Virus record (IMG/VR): IMGVR_UViG_3300029725_000197 | DNA from: a virus | Lineage: Duplodnaviria > Heunggongvirae > Uroviricota > Caudoviricetes | Strand: one strand, 5' to 3' | Length of the DNA: 64,000 nt | Shown: piece after piece, positions 8,853 through 18,031 of the stretch | How positions within the stretch are numbered: position 1 is the stretch's first letter | Layout of the letters: each line of letters opens with the position of its first letter | Notes under the pieces: model-generated | The model's input: the letters and a program-made list of their open reading frames with translations, nothing else | Databases searched by the model: none | Told to the model about the DNA's origin: nothing | Made by a program: the position numbers and the translations under genes

Positions 8853-9920
8853 ATGAGTAAGATCATCACTTGTGAACAGGTCAGCAATGGCCATCCCGAT
8901 AAGATCTGTGACCAGATCGCAGATGCCATCGTGACCGACATTCTCCAGCATGACAAGACCGCCCGTGTGGCAATCGAGTGTCTGCTGAAGAAGAACCAGC
9001 TTTTTATTGCCGGCGAAGTCACCACCGACTACCGGCCAAACTACAACCAGATCGTCCACGATGTGTTCAATCGCATCGGTGCCGAAAAGCTGGGGTGGAA
9101 CCTGACCGAGCTTCTTCGCATCGGCATTCTGGTGGACAAACAGTCCCCGGACATTGCGCTGGGTGTGGATAAGGGCGGTGCCGGTGACCAGGGAATCATG
9201 TATGGCTACGCCACCAACGAGACGGCAGAGCAGATGCCGATTCCCTACATGGTCGCTACCAAGTTCCTGCAACTGTTAAAAAACCATCCGTCCAAGATGT
9301 TCCGTGCAGATGCCAAGGCACAGGTCAGCTACGATTACGACACCGGCCGCATCACCACCTTCCTCTGCTCTGTGCAGCACAGCCCGGATGTGGAGGTCAG
9401 CGACTTCCGGCACATCATCGAATCCATGATGGTGCTGGCCGCCTGCGAGTACGGTCTGGACGGCGACTTCACGAAGCTGGTCAATCCGACCGGCCGTTTC
9501 GTGCTGGGCGGCAGCTACGCCGACTGTGGTGTGACTGGCCGAAAGCTGGCGTGCGATACCTACGGCGGTATCGGTCGTATGGGTGGCGGCGCTCTGAGCG
9601 GTAAAGACCCCACCAAGGTAGACCGCTCTGCAGCATACATGGCGAGGAAGATTGCAAAGGACATCGTGCAGGCGGGCTACGCTGACAAGTGCGAAGTCCA
9701 GCTGGCTTACGCCATCGGCGTGTTACAGCCGGTGGGCGTGGCTGTAGAGTGCTTCGGCACGGAGCATCAGTCGCTGGACTTCATCGAAGCCTATGTCCAT
9801 GACAGCTACGACCTGACTCCGCAGGGTATCATCAAGCGGCTGGGACTGCTGGACGTGGACTACAACAAGGTCAGTGCTTACGGTCACTTCGGTAAGGCTG
9901 GTCTTCCGTGGGAGGACTGA
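8853..9920 (+). CDS. metK: S-adenosylmethionine synthetase (MetK homolog), phage-encoded
   Basis: 'GHPDKICDQIADAI' and 'GGAGDQGIMYGYA' are MetK hallmark motifs. 355 aa, shorter than bacterial MetK. Confidence 0.8.
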   Translation: MSKIITCEQVSNGHPDKICDQIADAIVTDILQHDKTARVAIECLLKKNQLFIAGEVTTDYRPNYNQIVHDVFNRIGAEKLGWNLTELLRIGILVDKQSPDIALGVDKGGAGDQGIMYGYATNETAEQMPIPYMVATKFLQLLKNHPSKMFRADAKAQVSYDYDTGRITTFLCSVQHSPDVEVSDFRHIIESMMVLAACEYGLDGDFTKLVNPTGRFVLGGSYADCGVTGRKLACDTYGGIGRMGGGALSGKDPTKVDRSAAYMARKIAKDIVQAGYADKCEVQLAYAIGVLQPVGVAVECFGTEHQSLDFIEAYVHDSYDLTPQGIIKRLGLLDVDYNKVSAYGHFGKAGLPWED

Positions 9921-9923
9921 CCC

Positions 9924-10283
9924 ATGCCATACAGACCAAAGACACCGTGCCATCATCCCGGCTGCCCAGAGCTGGTGGAAGCCGGCCGGCTCTACTGTGA
10001 GAAGCACCTGCCTCTCCATCCAGAGGTGACCCGCCCGGCAGCGAAGCGTGGATACAACAGGCGGTGGCAGAAAGTCAGAAAGTCGTATCTGGAAGCTCAT
10101 CCACTCTGTGTGCAGTGCGCCAAGCAGGGCAAGTACGTCCGGGCAACGGTTGTGGATCACATCATTCCACACCGTGGTGACCAGAAGCTTTTCTGGGATC
10201 AGAACAACTGGCAGCCGCTCTGCAAAAGCTGCCACGATAAGAAGACCCTGAACGAAGACATCAACCCGACCTACACCTACTGA
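9924..10283 (+). CDS. HNH endonuclease
   Basis: CxxC…'VDHIIPHRGD…NWQPLCKSCHDKKT' HNH motif. Confidence 0.85.
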   Translation: MPYRPKTPCHHPGCPELVEAGRLYCEKHLPLHPEVTRPAAKRGYNRRWQKVRKSYLEAHPLCVQCAKQGKYVRATVVDHIIPHRGDQKLFWDQNNWQPLCKSCHDKKTLNEDINPTYTY

Positions 10284-10287
10284 CAGC

Positions 10288-10352
10288 CCCACCGGGGCCG
10301 GGGCCACTTCTCTACGGTGAAGTCACACGGAGACCGGTGGCCCCTTTTCTGT
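10288..10352 (+). terminator. rho-independent terminator (GGGGCCAC…GTGGCCCC TTTTCT)
   Basis: GC-rich inverted repeat followed by a T-run just after the HNH stop. Confidence 0.5.
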
Positions 10353-10683
10353 GAAAAACCGCAAAATTGGTAGGCCGGGGGTCAGAGGAATAACGGCGCA
10401 AAATGAAACAGGAAAATGTACAGGCATCGGAGCTTTCGTTCCGGTGCCATTCTTATTCCCCGAAATGAACCAAAGTGTGTGAAACTTCTCGAAAACAGGG
10501 AGCTTTCGCACATTTTAGCTTGTTCCGGGAGGAGCGAGGGCGAGCGAGAATCGGCCGCCGCAACAACAATTCAACCGGGCGGGACGGGGCCGATTTCCAC
10601 TTCGCCGCTTTTCGTATGAATTATGAGATTTTTCTAAGAAACCGCCGAAGAAACGGCGAAAAATGAGAGTGAGGTGAGGGCAG

Positions 10684-10983
10684 ATGGATGATTACACGGC
10701 TGAGATGATAAGGGACATGGCTTTTTCGTTCTGCCCTCAGTGCGGTACAGCCATTGTGCCGAATCATAAAGGCAGACCGAAAAAGTTCTGCTCACCGGAA
10801 TGCCGGTCAAGGTGGAACAACACCCACCCAAAGCCGGAAAACTGGAGAACAGTGCGGTCAAAGATCTGTCCGGTGTGCGGCAGGGAGTTTTCCTACCGGC
10901 ATCAGTACGGATTGGAACGGAAATATTGCAGCCGTGGTTGTGCAAACCGGGGCAGAAAGAAGGAGGCGAACAGGAGTGAGTAA
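10684..10983 (+). CDS. zinc-ribbon (2x CxxC…CxxC) hypothetical protein
   Basis: RBS 'gaggtgaggg' upstream. 'CPQCG…CSPEC…CPVCG…CSRGC' cysteine pairs. Confidence 0.55.
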   Translation: MDDYTAEMIRDMAFSFCPQCGTAIVPNHKGRPKKFCSPECRSRWNNTHPKPENWRTVRSKICPVCGREFSYRHQYGLERKYCSRGCANRGRKKEANRSE

Positions 10984-11203
10984 GAAAATTATCGGTGTGT
11001 ATCCGATGTTCAACACCGGGGGTATCTGTGTACATGCGATTGACGATGCGGAAGATAAGGTCCTGGCATCTGTGAATGGGGAAAACCCGGAATGGTGCGA
11101 GATGGCTGAACAGCCGCAGGAAGATGGAGATGAAATGGAGTCGGGCTTTTTGTTCGACTCCTTTTTCGTGCCGTTTTCAGGGGTCATTCGCATGGGAATC
11201 TGA
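10976..11203 (+). CDS. hypothetical small acidic protein (GTG start)
   Basis: RBS AAGGAGG 10 nt before GTG 10976. 75 aa, fills the gap to the methyltransferase gene. Confidence 0.3.
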   Translation: MSKKIIGVYPMFNTGGICVHAIDDAEDKVLASVNGENPEWCEMAEQPQEDGDEMESGFLFDSFFVPFSGVIRMGI

Positions 11204-11219
11204 ATTAGGAGGAACCTAC

Positions 11220-12491
11220 ATGAAAGCGACTGCTGAACTGAAGATGCTGCCGGTGTCCGTACTCAAGCCGGCTGCATACAATCCCCGGAAAAAGCTGAAG
11301 CCGGGGGATAAAGAGTACGAGAAAATCAAGAACTCCATTACGGAGTTCGGCTTCGCAGATCCTTTGGTGGTCAATGCCGACATGACGATTATCGGTGGTC
11401 ACCAGAGACTGACAGTAGCGATGGAGCTGGGCTACACCGAAGTGCCTTGCGCGGTGGTGGACATCGACAAGACCAGGGAGAAGGCCCTGAACATCGCACT
11501 CAACAAGATCACGGGTGCATGGGATGATTCCCTGCTGGCTAATCTTTTGAAGGATATTGAGGATTCCAACTTCGATCTTGGAAAGACCGGTTTTGAACCG
11601 CCGGAGATCGAGACGCTGTTCAACAAGGTACACAGCAAAGAAGTCAAGGAAGATGACTTCGATGTGGAATCGGAACTAAAACAGCCGTGCTTTTCCAAAG
11701 AGGGCGACCTCTGGCATCTGGGAAAGCACATCGTTCTGTGTGGTGATTCCACCAAAGCGGAATGCTACGACACCCTGATGGACGGCACCAAGGCAAATCT
11801 GGTACTTTCCGATCCCCCTTATAACGTGGATGTGGAAGAAACGGCTGGCAAGATCCTGAACGACAACATGGGCGATTCGGAATTCTACCAGTTCCTGCTG
11901 GCAGCATTCCAGCTGATGCACGGGCATCTGGCGGATGACGGCTCCATCTATATCTTCCATGCAGATACGGAAGGGCTGAACTTTAGAAAGGCATTCAAGG
12001 ATGCAGGGTTCTACCTGTCCGGGTGCTGTATCTGGAAGAAGAATGCTCTGGTGCTGGGACGCAGTCCTTACCAGTGGCAGCACGAGCCGTGTCTTTACGG
12101 CTGGAAGCAGAAGGGGAAACACCAGTGGTATTCCGACCGGAAGCAGACGACCATCTGGGAGTATGACCGGCCGAAGTCCAACAAGGACCATCCGACCATG
12201 AAGCCCATCGGCCTGATGAGCTATCCGATCCGAAATTCCACCATGACCAACGGCATCGTCCTCGATCCGTTCCTTGGCAGCGGTTCTACCCTGATCGCCT
12301 GCGAAGAAACCGACCGTGTGTGCCGAGGCATCGAGCTGGACCCGAAGTTCGTGGATGTGATCGTGAAGCGTTATATCGAACACAGCGAGGGTCACTACGA
12401 TGATGTGTATGTCATCCGTGACAGTCAGAAGCTGAAGTTCGAGGAAGTGGCGACCTTCGAGCCGGAAAGGGAGGTCGCTGATGGAGAATAA
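11220..12491 (+). CDS. ParB-like nuclease domain fused to N6-adenine/N4-cytosine DNA methyltransferase
   Basis: RBS AGGAGGA before ATG 11220. N-terminal ParB/Srx fold ('ADPLVVNADMTIIGGHQR'), 'SDPPY' motif IV, and C-terminal 'DPFLGSGST' SAM-binding motif. Confidence 0.85.
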   Translation: MKATAELKMLPVSVLKPAAYNPRKKLKPGDKEYEKIKNSITEFGFADPLVVNADMTIIGGHQRLTVAMELGYTEVPCAVVDIDKTREKALNIALNKITGAWDDSLLANLLKDIEDSNFDLGKTGFEPPEIETLFNKVHSKEVKEDDFDVESELKQPCFSKEGDLWHLGKHIVLCGDSTKAECYDTLMDGTKANLVLSDPPYNVDVEETAGKILNDNMGDSEFYQFLLAAFQLMHGHLADDGSIYIFHADTEGLNFRKAFKDAGFYLSGCCIWKKNALVLGRSPYQWQHEPCLYGWKQKGKHQWYSDRKQTTIWEYDRPKSNKDHPTMKPIGLMSYPIRNSTMTNGIVLDPFLGSGSTLIACEETDRVCRGIELDPKFVDVIVKRYIEHSEGHYDDVYVIRDSQKLKFEEVATFEPEREVADGE

Positions 12492-14610
12492 ACAGCTGAC
12501 CCTCGGCAGCCTCTTTGATGGCTCCGGGGGTTTTCCATTGGGCGGGCTTTTGACCGGGCAGATCACTCCGGTGTGGAGCAGTGAGATCGAGCCGTTTGCC
12601 ATCCGAGTCACGACCAAGCGTCTGCCGCAGGTGAAGCATTATGGAGATGTGTCTGCTATCAGCGGTGCAGACCTACCTCCTGTAGACATCATCACTTTTG
12701 GCAGTCCCTGTCAGGATATGTCCATCGCGGGTAAGCGGGACGGTCTGGATGGTTCACGGTCCAGCCTGTTTTACGAAGCAATCCGAATCGTGAAGGAAAT
12801 GAGGTGTAAGACCAATGGAGAAAAACCAAGATTTATCGTGTGGGAGAATGTGCCAGGGGCCTTCTCCTCAAACAAAGGACAGGACTTCAAAGCAGTCCTC
12901 GAAGCCGTCATCGGTGTTAAAGAACCGGCCGCCTCGGTGCCTGCGCCTGAGAAGAAAGGATGGTCCGACGCTGATTACTACGTGGGAGACGGATGGAGCG
13001 TCGCGTATCGAGTTTTTGATGCACAATGGTGGGGCGTTCCCCAAAGAAGAAAACGTATCTATCTTGTCGCAGATTTTGCAGACCAGAGTGCCCCAAAGAT
13101 ATTATTTGAGTCCGAAGGCGTGTCTCGGTATTCTGCGGAGGGCTTCCGTGCGTGGCAAAGAGCTGCCGCCGGTGCTGAAAGCGGCGCTGGAGAGACAGGC
13201 TGCAGTGGAGCAGGAGGACGGCTCTGTCTGAACGATCAGGGCGGAGAGAGGATGGATGTGACGGAGGAGGTGACAGCCACCCTCCGTGCGGAGGCACATC
13301 ATCCGCCGTGTGTTATGGAAGCCGCTGGTTTCTGTACCGAGCATTCCGCAAATGCCAGAAGCATTGGATACGAAGAGGAACGGTCACCGACCCTCCGGGC
13401 TGGTGTCGTGCCGGCCGCCATCGCACTGGAAAATCATCCTGCGGACAGCCGGGTGAAGATTTCCGAGGACGGTAAGGTACAGACACTGACAAGCCGGTGT
13501 GGTACGGGTGGCGGTAATGTCCCGATGGTCATGGACGCTGTTGAAAATTCAGTGGAAAGCCCGGTGAAAGAAGTTGAAAACTCTCCGGCGGTCACATTGA
13601 AGATCCGTTCCGGGTGTGAAGGCGGTGGCAAGGGCGCTATCTGGCAGGAAGAAAAGTCAGCTACCCTCGGCTGCAACAACGACCAGACACTGTTCGTTCC
13701 GAAATGCTACGGTGTCTGCTCTAAAGCCAGCCACTCCATGATGTCCGATAATCCGCATAGCGGCTTCTATGAAGCGGAGACCTCCCGGACACTAGACCGC
13801 AGTGGTGGAGATCCGACCTGCAATCAGGGTGGTATCTGCGTGGTAGAGCCGGTCGCCTTTACCCAGAACCAGAGGGATGAAGTCCGAGATCTTGGAGAAA
13901 AGTCAGCGGCACTTGCAGCAGAGCCGGGGATGAAGCAGCAGACCTTCGTCCTGCAGGGCAACATGATCGGCCGCAAGGATGAGAACGGTCCGAAAGGGGA
14001 TGGCGTCAATGAGGATGTCTGCTTCACCTTGGACGCGACAGACCGCCATGCAGTCTGCGCACCGGAGGATGTGTATGCCATGACCACCGGCTCCTATATG
14101 CAGGTGGCAAAAGAGGTCGCACCGACTCTGATGGCACGGGACTACAAAGACCCGACCACCATCGCACCGGTGCCGCATCTGAACGAGGGTGTCATGGGAA
14201 CGGTGGCAACCGGGGCGCATCCAAGCGGCTTCAACGGGCAGGATGCTTTCAATGACCGTCTGGTCATCGATAACCCGGAAGCGCAGCCGATACCTGTGAC
14301 CTATACCGTCCGCCGCTTGACACCGACCGAGTGTGCTAGACTGCAGGGCTTCCCGGACTGGTGGTGCCGGAACCTTGGAACAGAAGATCCGACCGAAGAA
14401 GAGCTGGCGTTCTGGGCAGATGTGTTTGAAACGCACCGCAAGATCGTGACCCACGCCAAGAAGCCGAAAACGGAGAAACAGATCCGGAAATGGCTGGCTG
14501 ACCCGTATACGGATTCGGCAGAGTACCGTATCTGGGGCAACGGCATATGCCTGGCCAACGCATTTTTTGTTCTGGCAGGCATCGCATGGTGTGCAGGTCT
14601 GGAAGAATAA
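12481..14610 (+). CDS. DNA (cytosine-5)-methyltransferase, unusually large (709 aa; multi-TRD candidate)
   Basis: Motifs FDGSGG (I), GSPCQDMS (IV), ENVPG (VI), QWWGVPQRRKRIY (VIII) and a C-terminal 'RLTPTECARLQGFPDWW…GNG' (IX/X). About 400 aa of variable region lie between VIII and IX. Confidence 0.85.
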   Translation: MENKQLTLGSLFDGSGGFPLGGLLTGQITPVWSSEIEPFAIRVTTKRLPQVKHYGDVSAISGADLPPVDIITFGSPCQDMSIAGKRDGLDGSRSSLFYEAIRIVKEMRCKTNGEKPRFIVWENVPGAFSSNKGQDFKAVLEAVIGVKEPAASVPAPEKKGWSDADYYVGDGWSVAYRVFDAQWWGVPQRRKRIYLVADFADQSAPKILFESEGVSRYSAEGFRAWQRAAAGAESGAGETGCSGAGGRLCLNDQGGERMDVTEEVTATLRAEAHHPPCVMEAAGFCTEHSANARSIGYEEERSPTLRAGVVPAAIALENHPADSRVKISEDGKVQTLTSRCGTGGGNVPMVMDAVENSVESPVKEVENSPAVTLKIRSGCEGGGKGAIWQEEKSATLGCNNDQTLFVPKCYGVCSKASHSMMSDNPHSGFYEAETSRTLDRSGGDPTCNQGGICVVEPVAFTQNQRDEVRDLGEKSAALAAEPGMKQQTFVLQGNMIGRKDENGPKGDGVNEDVCFTLDATDRHAVCAPEDVYAMTTGSYMQVAKEVAPTLMARDYKDPTTIAPVPHLNEGVMGTVATGAHPSGFNGQDAFNDRLVIDNPEAQPIPVTYTVRRLTPTECARLQGFPDWWCRNLGTEDPTEEELAFWADVFETHRKIVTHAKKPKTEKQIRKWLADPYTDSAEYRIWGNGICLANAFFVLAGIAWCAGLEE

Positions 14611-14742
14611 AATGGCCCGCTATATTACTAGGTAGAAAGCGACCTGGTGATATGGTGGGCTTACATATTGGTCCTATTTACACAACAGATTTCGCAGTCC
14701 CTTGTGTAATTAGTCGAACATGAAGAATATCGGGAAATGGCC

Positions 14743-14800
14743 TTGCTATTTGACCGGTTCAGAGTGATATATGTGCTACCGAAAAGAACATCGGGATGCA
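14743..14800 (+). promoter_or_regulatory. promoter cassette copy P8 (TTGCTA-17-…ATAT…accgaaaag leader)
   Basis: Diverged copy of the repeated cassette, upstream of 14835. Confidence 0.4.
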
Positions 14801-14834
14801 CAAAAACAGAAGAAAACGAAAGGGGCAATGAATT

Positions 14835-15911
14835 ATGTTGAAATTTGAATTGAACATAGCCGACCGTAAGACACTTGCAAATCGCATGGAGGAGCTGACG
14901 GGCATCCATCCTTACTACACCAGAGCACCGCTGTATGCTTATGACATCGGCAACTACACCATCGACCGGGACGGTAATCTTCTGGTAGAGCCGGAAAATG
15001 CAGATGCCGAGCTGCTGACGACCCTGCTGAATGAGGGGTTGATCCGCGGCGGCGAGAGCATTGAGAGCACGGATGACCAGCCGGAGGACGCAGAGCCGAC
15101 CGAGAATTTGGCAGATGAGTCTGTGGCCGAAGAGGAGCCGGATGGTGCAACAGAGGATGAGCCAGATGCAGAGGAATCGGAAAGCGAAGAGCAGCCGGAA
15201 GCAGAAGAGCAGCCGGAGGAAGTTCCGCTGGATCTGGAACTTGCTTTTCCCACCAGCCAGCATAACGGCGTGAGCCTTCGCAATCTGGTCAACCTCATCT
15301 ACAGCCGGGGCCGACTCATCAGCAAGGCAACGGGCGGGCACTTTCATGTGGAAACTGACCTGGTCGAAACACTGCGGGATGACAGTTGCACCTACACGGT
15401 GGCAAACTTCATCGAGGCGCTTAAAAGTTACGAAGCACAGTGCGGAACTGCGATGGAAGGTCTGGTGATCACAGAAGAAAAGGTTTCCTCCACAGGATTC
15501 CCGACGGCTTCCGACTATGATCATCTGACGGCTTTCGGTCACCTTGCCATTCTGATGAACCAGCAGGCGATCAGCCAGAAGCGCATCCAGGCAAAGGATG
15601 TCAACGATGAGAATGAGAAGTATGCACTCCGCACATGGCTCCTGCGGCTTGGGATGAACGGTCCGGATTTCAAAGAGACCCGCAAGATCCTCATGGAGAA
15701 TCTTTCCGGCCATGCGGCTTTCCGGACGGATGAGGAAGCACAGAAGTTCCTTGCAAGGGAAAAGGCAAAACGGGATGCCCTGAAAGCCGCGAAACAGGCG
15801 GCACAGAACAGCAATCCTGCCACTGGGGAAACGGCCGCACAGGATGCAGCCCAGCCGACACAGCCCGACTGTGGGGCGAATACGGCGCAGATGCTGGAGG
15901 CGGGAGCGTAA
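14835..15911 (+). CDS. diverged amidoligase (Amidoligase_2/GS-like) paralog with ~70-aa poly-acidic insert
   Basis: Aligns by eye to 16144-17082: 'FELNIADRKTLANRMEELTG'~'VEIEMNNITREKAARKVAEYFG', 'NLVNLIY'~'NLVNIMA', 'GGHFHVE'~'GCGVHIHIG'. Shares the C-terminal motif KYA[LM]R.W[LM]LRLG…AA[FW]R. Large D/E-rich insert at aa 75-135. Confidence 0.55.
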   Translation: MLKFELNIADRKTLANRMEELTGIHPYYTRAPLYAYDIGNYTIDRDGNLLVEPENADAELLTTLLNEGLIRGGESIESTDDQPEDAEPTENLADESVAEEEPDGATEDEPDAEESESEEQPEAEEQPEEVPLDLELAFPTSQHNGVSLRNLVNLIYSRGRLISKATGGHFHVETDLVETLRDDSCTYTVANFIEALKSYEAQCGTAMEGLVITEEKVSSTGFPTASDYDHLTAFGHLAILMNQQAISQKRIQAKDVNDENEKYALRTWLLRLGMNGPDFKETRKILMENLSGHAAFRTDEEAQKFLAREKAKRDALKAAKQAAQNSNPATGETAAQDAAQPTQPDCGANTAQMLEAGA

Positions 15912-16067
15912 GCTCCCAAGCCCCCAATGGGGGCCGGAAAATAAGTGAGACCCTCTTCAATTGTACCGATATTAACTCTGAAAATGTACATTATCAAGCA
16001 GATAAACCGCAGAAATGTACACGATCATTCTGCCTCATATTTGTCGAATATATGTTCTTTTATATCC

Positions 16068-16130
16068 TTGCTATTATCCGCACCTGACGGTAATATGCAC
16101 ATACCGAAAGGGAAAACAAGGAAAAAACAA
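16068..16130 (+). promoter_or_regulatory. promoter cassette copy P7 (TTGCTA-17-TAATAT gcacataccgaaaggg)
   Basis: -35/-10 elements with 17-nt spacing and the conserved leader, upstream of the amidoligase gene. Confidence 0.5.
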
Positions 16131-16143
16131 AGGAGAACATACC

Positions 16144-17082
16144 ATGAACGATAAAACAAGAGAGCAGATTGAAGCCATGAAAAACCAGACCATCGGAGTT
16201 GAGATCGAGATGAACAACATCACCAGAGAAAAAGCGGCAAGAAAGGTTGCCGAGTACTTCGGAACCAGAGCATGGAACGCCGCCAGCGAGTACGGATATT
16301 ACAGCTGGGCTTGCAAGGATGGACAGGGCAGGGTTTGGAAATTCCAGAGGGATGTGAGCATCTACGGACCGGACGCAGAAAAATGCGAACTGGTCACCCC
16401 GATCCTCACCTACGACGACATCGAATCCCTGCAGGAAATCATCCGGCTGCTCCGCAAGGCAGGCGCAAAGAGCAGTCCAAGCCGCGGATGCGGGGTCCAC
16501 ATCCACATCGGCAAAGGCGACCACACCGCAAAGACCATCCGCAACCTTGTGAACATCATGGCGGCACACGAACAGCAGATCGGCAGAGCCATCCGGATCG
16601 ACGCAGGGCGTACCGGACAATATTGCCGGGTAGTCGAGCACCGCTTCCTCGACCGGCTGAACCGCGAGAAGCCGACCACCATGCGCAAGCTGGAAGACAT
16701 CTGGTACGAAGGCAACGGTTCCAGCTGGGAAAACCGGAATGCCCACTACAATTCAAGCCGGTACCATATGCTGAACCTCCATGCCACCTTTACAAAAGGA
16801 ACCATTGAATTCCGCCTTTTCCAATTCGCAGACCCAGCGGACGGAAAGCGTAACGGACTGCATGCCGGTGAGATGAAAGCCTACATCCAGCTTTGCCTCG
16901 CAATGAGCCAGCTTGCCAAGATGGTCAGAACGGCAAGCCCGAAGCCTCAGCAGACCGACAACGACAAATACGCAATGCGGTGCTGGATGCTCCGGCTGGG
17001 ATTCATTGGTGAGGAGTTCGCAACGGCAAGGGAAATCCTTCTGCGGAATATGGAGGGCAACGCAGCATGGCGCAACAAATAA
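16144..17082 (+). CDS. putative amidoligase (carboxylate-amine ligase, Pfam Amidoligase_2-like)
   Basis: 'IGVEIEMN', 'GCGVHIHIG' and 'GTIEFRLFQ' motifs typical of the phage amidoligase family. 312 aa. Confidence 0.65.
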   Translation: MNDKTREQIEAMKNQTIGVEIEMNNITREKAARKVAEYFGTRAWNAASEYGYYSWACKDGQGRVWKFQRDVSIYGPDAEKCELVTPILTYDDIESLQEIIRLLRKAGAKSSPSRGCGVHIHIGKGDHTAKTIRNLVNIMAAHEQQIGRAIRIDAGRTGQYCRVVEHRFLDRLNREKPTTMRKLEDIWYEGNGSSWENRNAHYNSSRYHMLNLHATFTKGTIEFRLFQFADPADGKRNGLHAGEMKAYIQLCLAMSQLAKMVRTASPKPQQTDNDKYAMRCWMLRLGFIGEEFATAREILLRNMEGNAAWRNK

Positions 17083-17150
17083 GCGCCAGCTGTACGGGCA
17101 CCTTTTGGGCGGGCAACCGCCCTTGAGGTGGTAGAAGGAGGTGCAGGTTT

Positions 17151-17387
17151 ATGAAAAGCACGTTAAAAAATGAAAGCACACCGGGCGGCAGGACCTTTAA
17201 GGTGACCATCACCGAGACCTACCAGAGAACGGTGACCATTTATGAATCCGAAATGAAAGAGCCGACCGTGCAGGAAGCCCAGCGAGTGGCAGAGGACTGG
17301 TGGCAGGACAGCCAGATTGAGCTTGGGACAGATGATTTCCAGGGCGTGGAATTCACTGGCAGGGAGGACGGTGAGGCGGATGTTTGA
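17151..17387 (+). CDS. small acidic hypothetical protein
   Basis: RBS GAAGGAGGTG before ATG 17151. 78 aa, between the amidoligase and GGCT genes. Confidence 0.5.
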   Translation: MKSTLKNESTPGGRTFKVTITETYQRTVTIYESEMKEPTVQEAQRVAEDWWQDSQIELGTDDFQGVEFTGREDGEADV

Positions 17388-17901
17388 ATTGATCAGCCGA
17401 AGCCCATCCAGATATTATCTTGCCTACGGAAGCAACCTCGACATGGAGCGGATGGGAAAGAGATGCCCCTATGCTGTGGTGGTCGGCACGACCGAGATCA
17501 AGGGCTACCGGCTTCTGTTCAAAAAGAGCAAGACCGGCTGCTATGCCACCATTGAGCAGGACGCCAATGAAAGCGTACCGGCAGTGGTCTGGAAGCTCTC
17601 GGAATATGATGAGCTCCTGCTGGACCGGTACGAGGGCTGCCCAAGATACTACTACAAGAAACAGTTTCAGCTTCCGGTCTGGAACCTGAACGGGAACCGC
17701 ATGAAAAAGGCAAAGCCCTGCATCGCTTATGTGATGCACGAGGACCGGCGGCTTGGCTGCCCGGATGCCGAGTATTTTGAACTGCTGCGCGGCGGATACA
17801 GCGACTGGGAATTTCCGCTGGACACACTGAAGCGTGGACTGGCAGCTAGTATCGGAAGGGCGGAAGCCATCCGGTATCTGAAGAAGCAGCAGATGATGTA
17901 A
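17380..17901 (+). CDS. gamma-glutamyl cyclotransferase-like (AIG2/GGCT fold) protein 1
   Basis: 'YYLAYGSNL' N-terminal motif and 'VVW…YEG.P..Y' pattern. ATG 17380 overlaps the upstream stop. Confidence 0.65.
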   Translation: MFELISRSPSRYYLAYGSNLDMERMGKRCPYAVVVGTTEIKGYRLLFKKSKTGCYATIEQDANESVPAVVWKLSEYDELLLDRYEGCPRYYYKKQFQLPVWNLNGNRMKKAKPCIAYVMHEDRRLGCPDAEYFELLRGGYSDWEFPLDTLKRGLAASIGRAEAIRYLKKQQMM

Positions 17902-18031
17902 GAGTACACGATCAAAAGCAAAAAACATTGTGCAGTATATGATGCTCATCGGCCTTGATAAATCAGGGCAGAAGAGTGATATATACCATACCGCCAGACA
18001 AGAGCGGAGAAAACCGAAGGGAGAGATTCAA

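Noticed and set aside
16272-16808. 178-aa Arg/Pro-rich + strand ORF overlapping the amidoligase in another frame
   Set aside because: It lies inside a gene whose own frame shows the conserved amidoligase motifs. Its composition is typical of an alternative-frame artefact.
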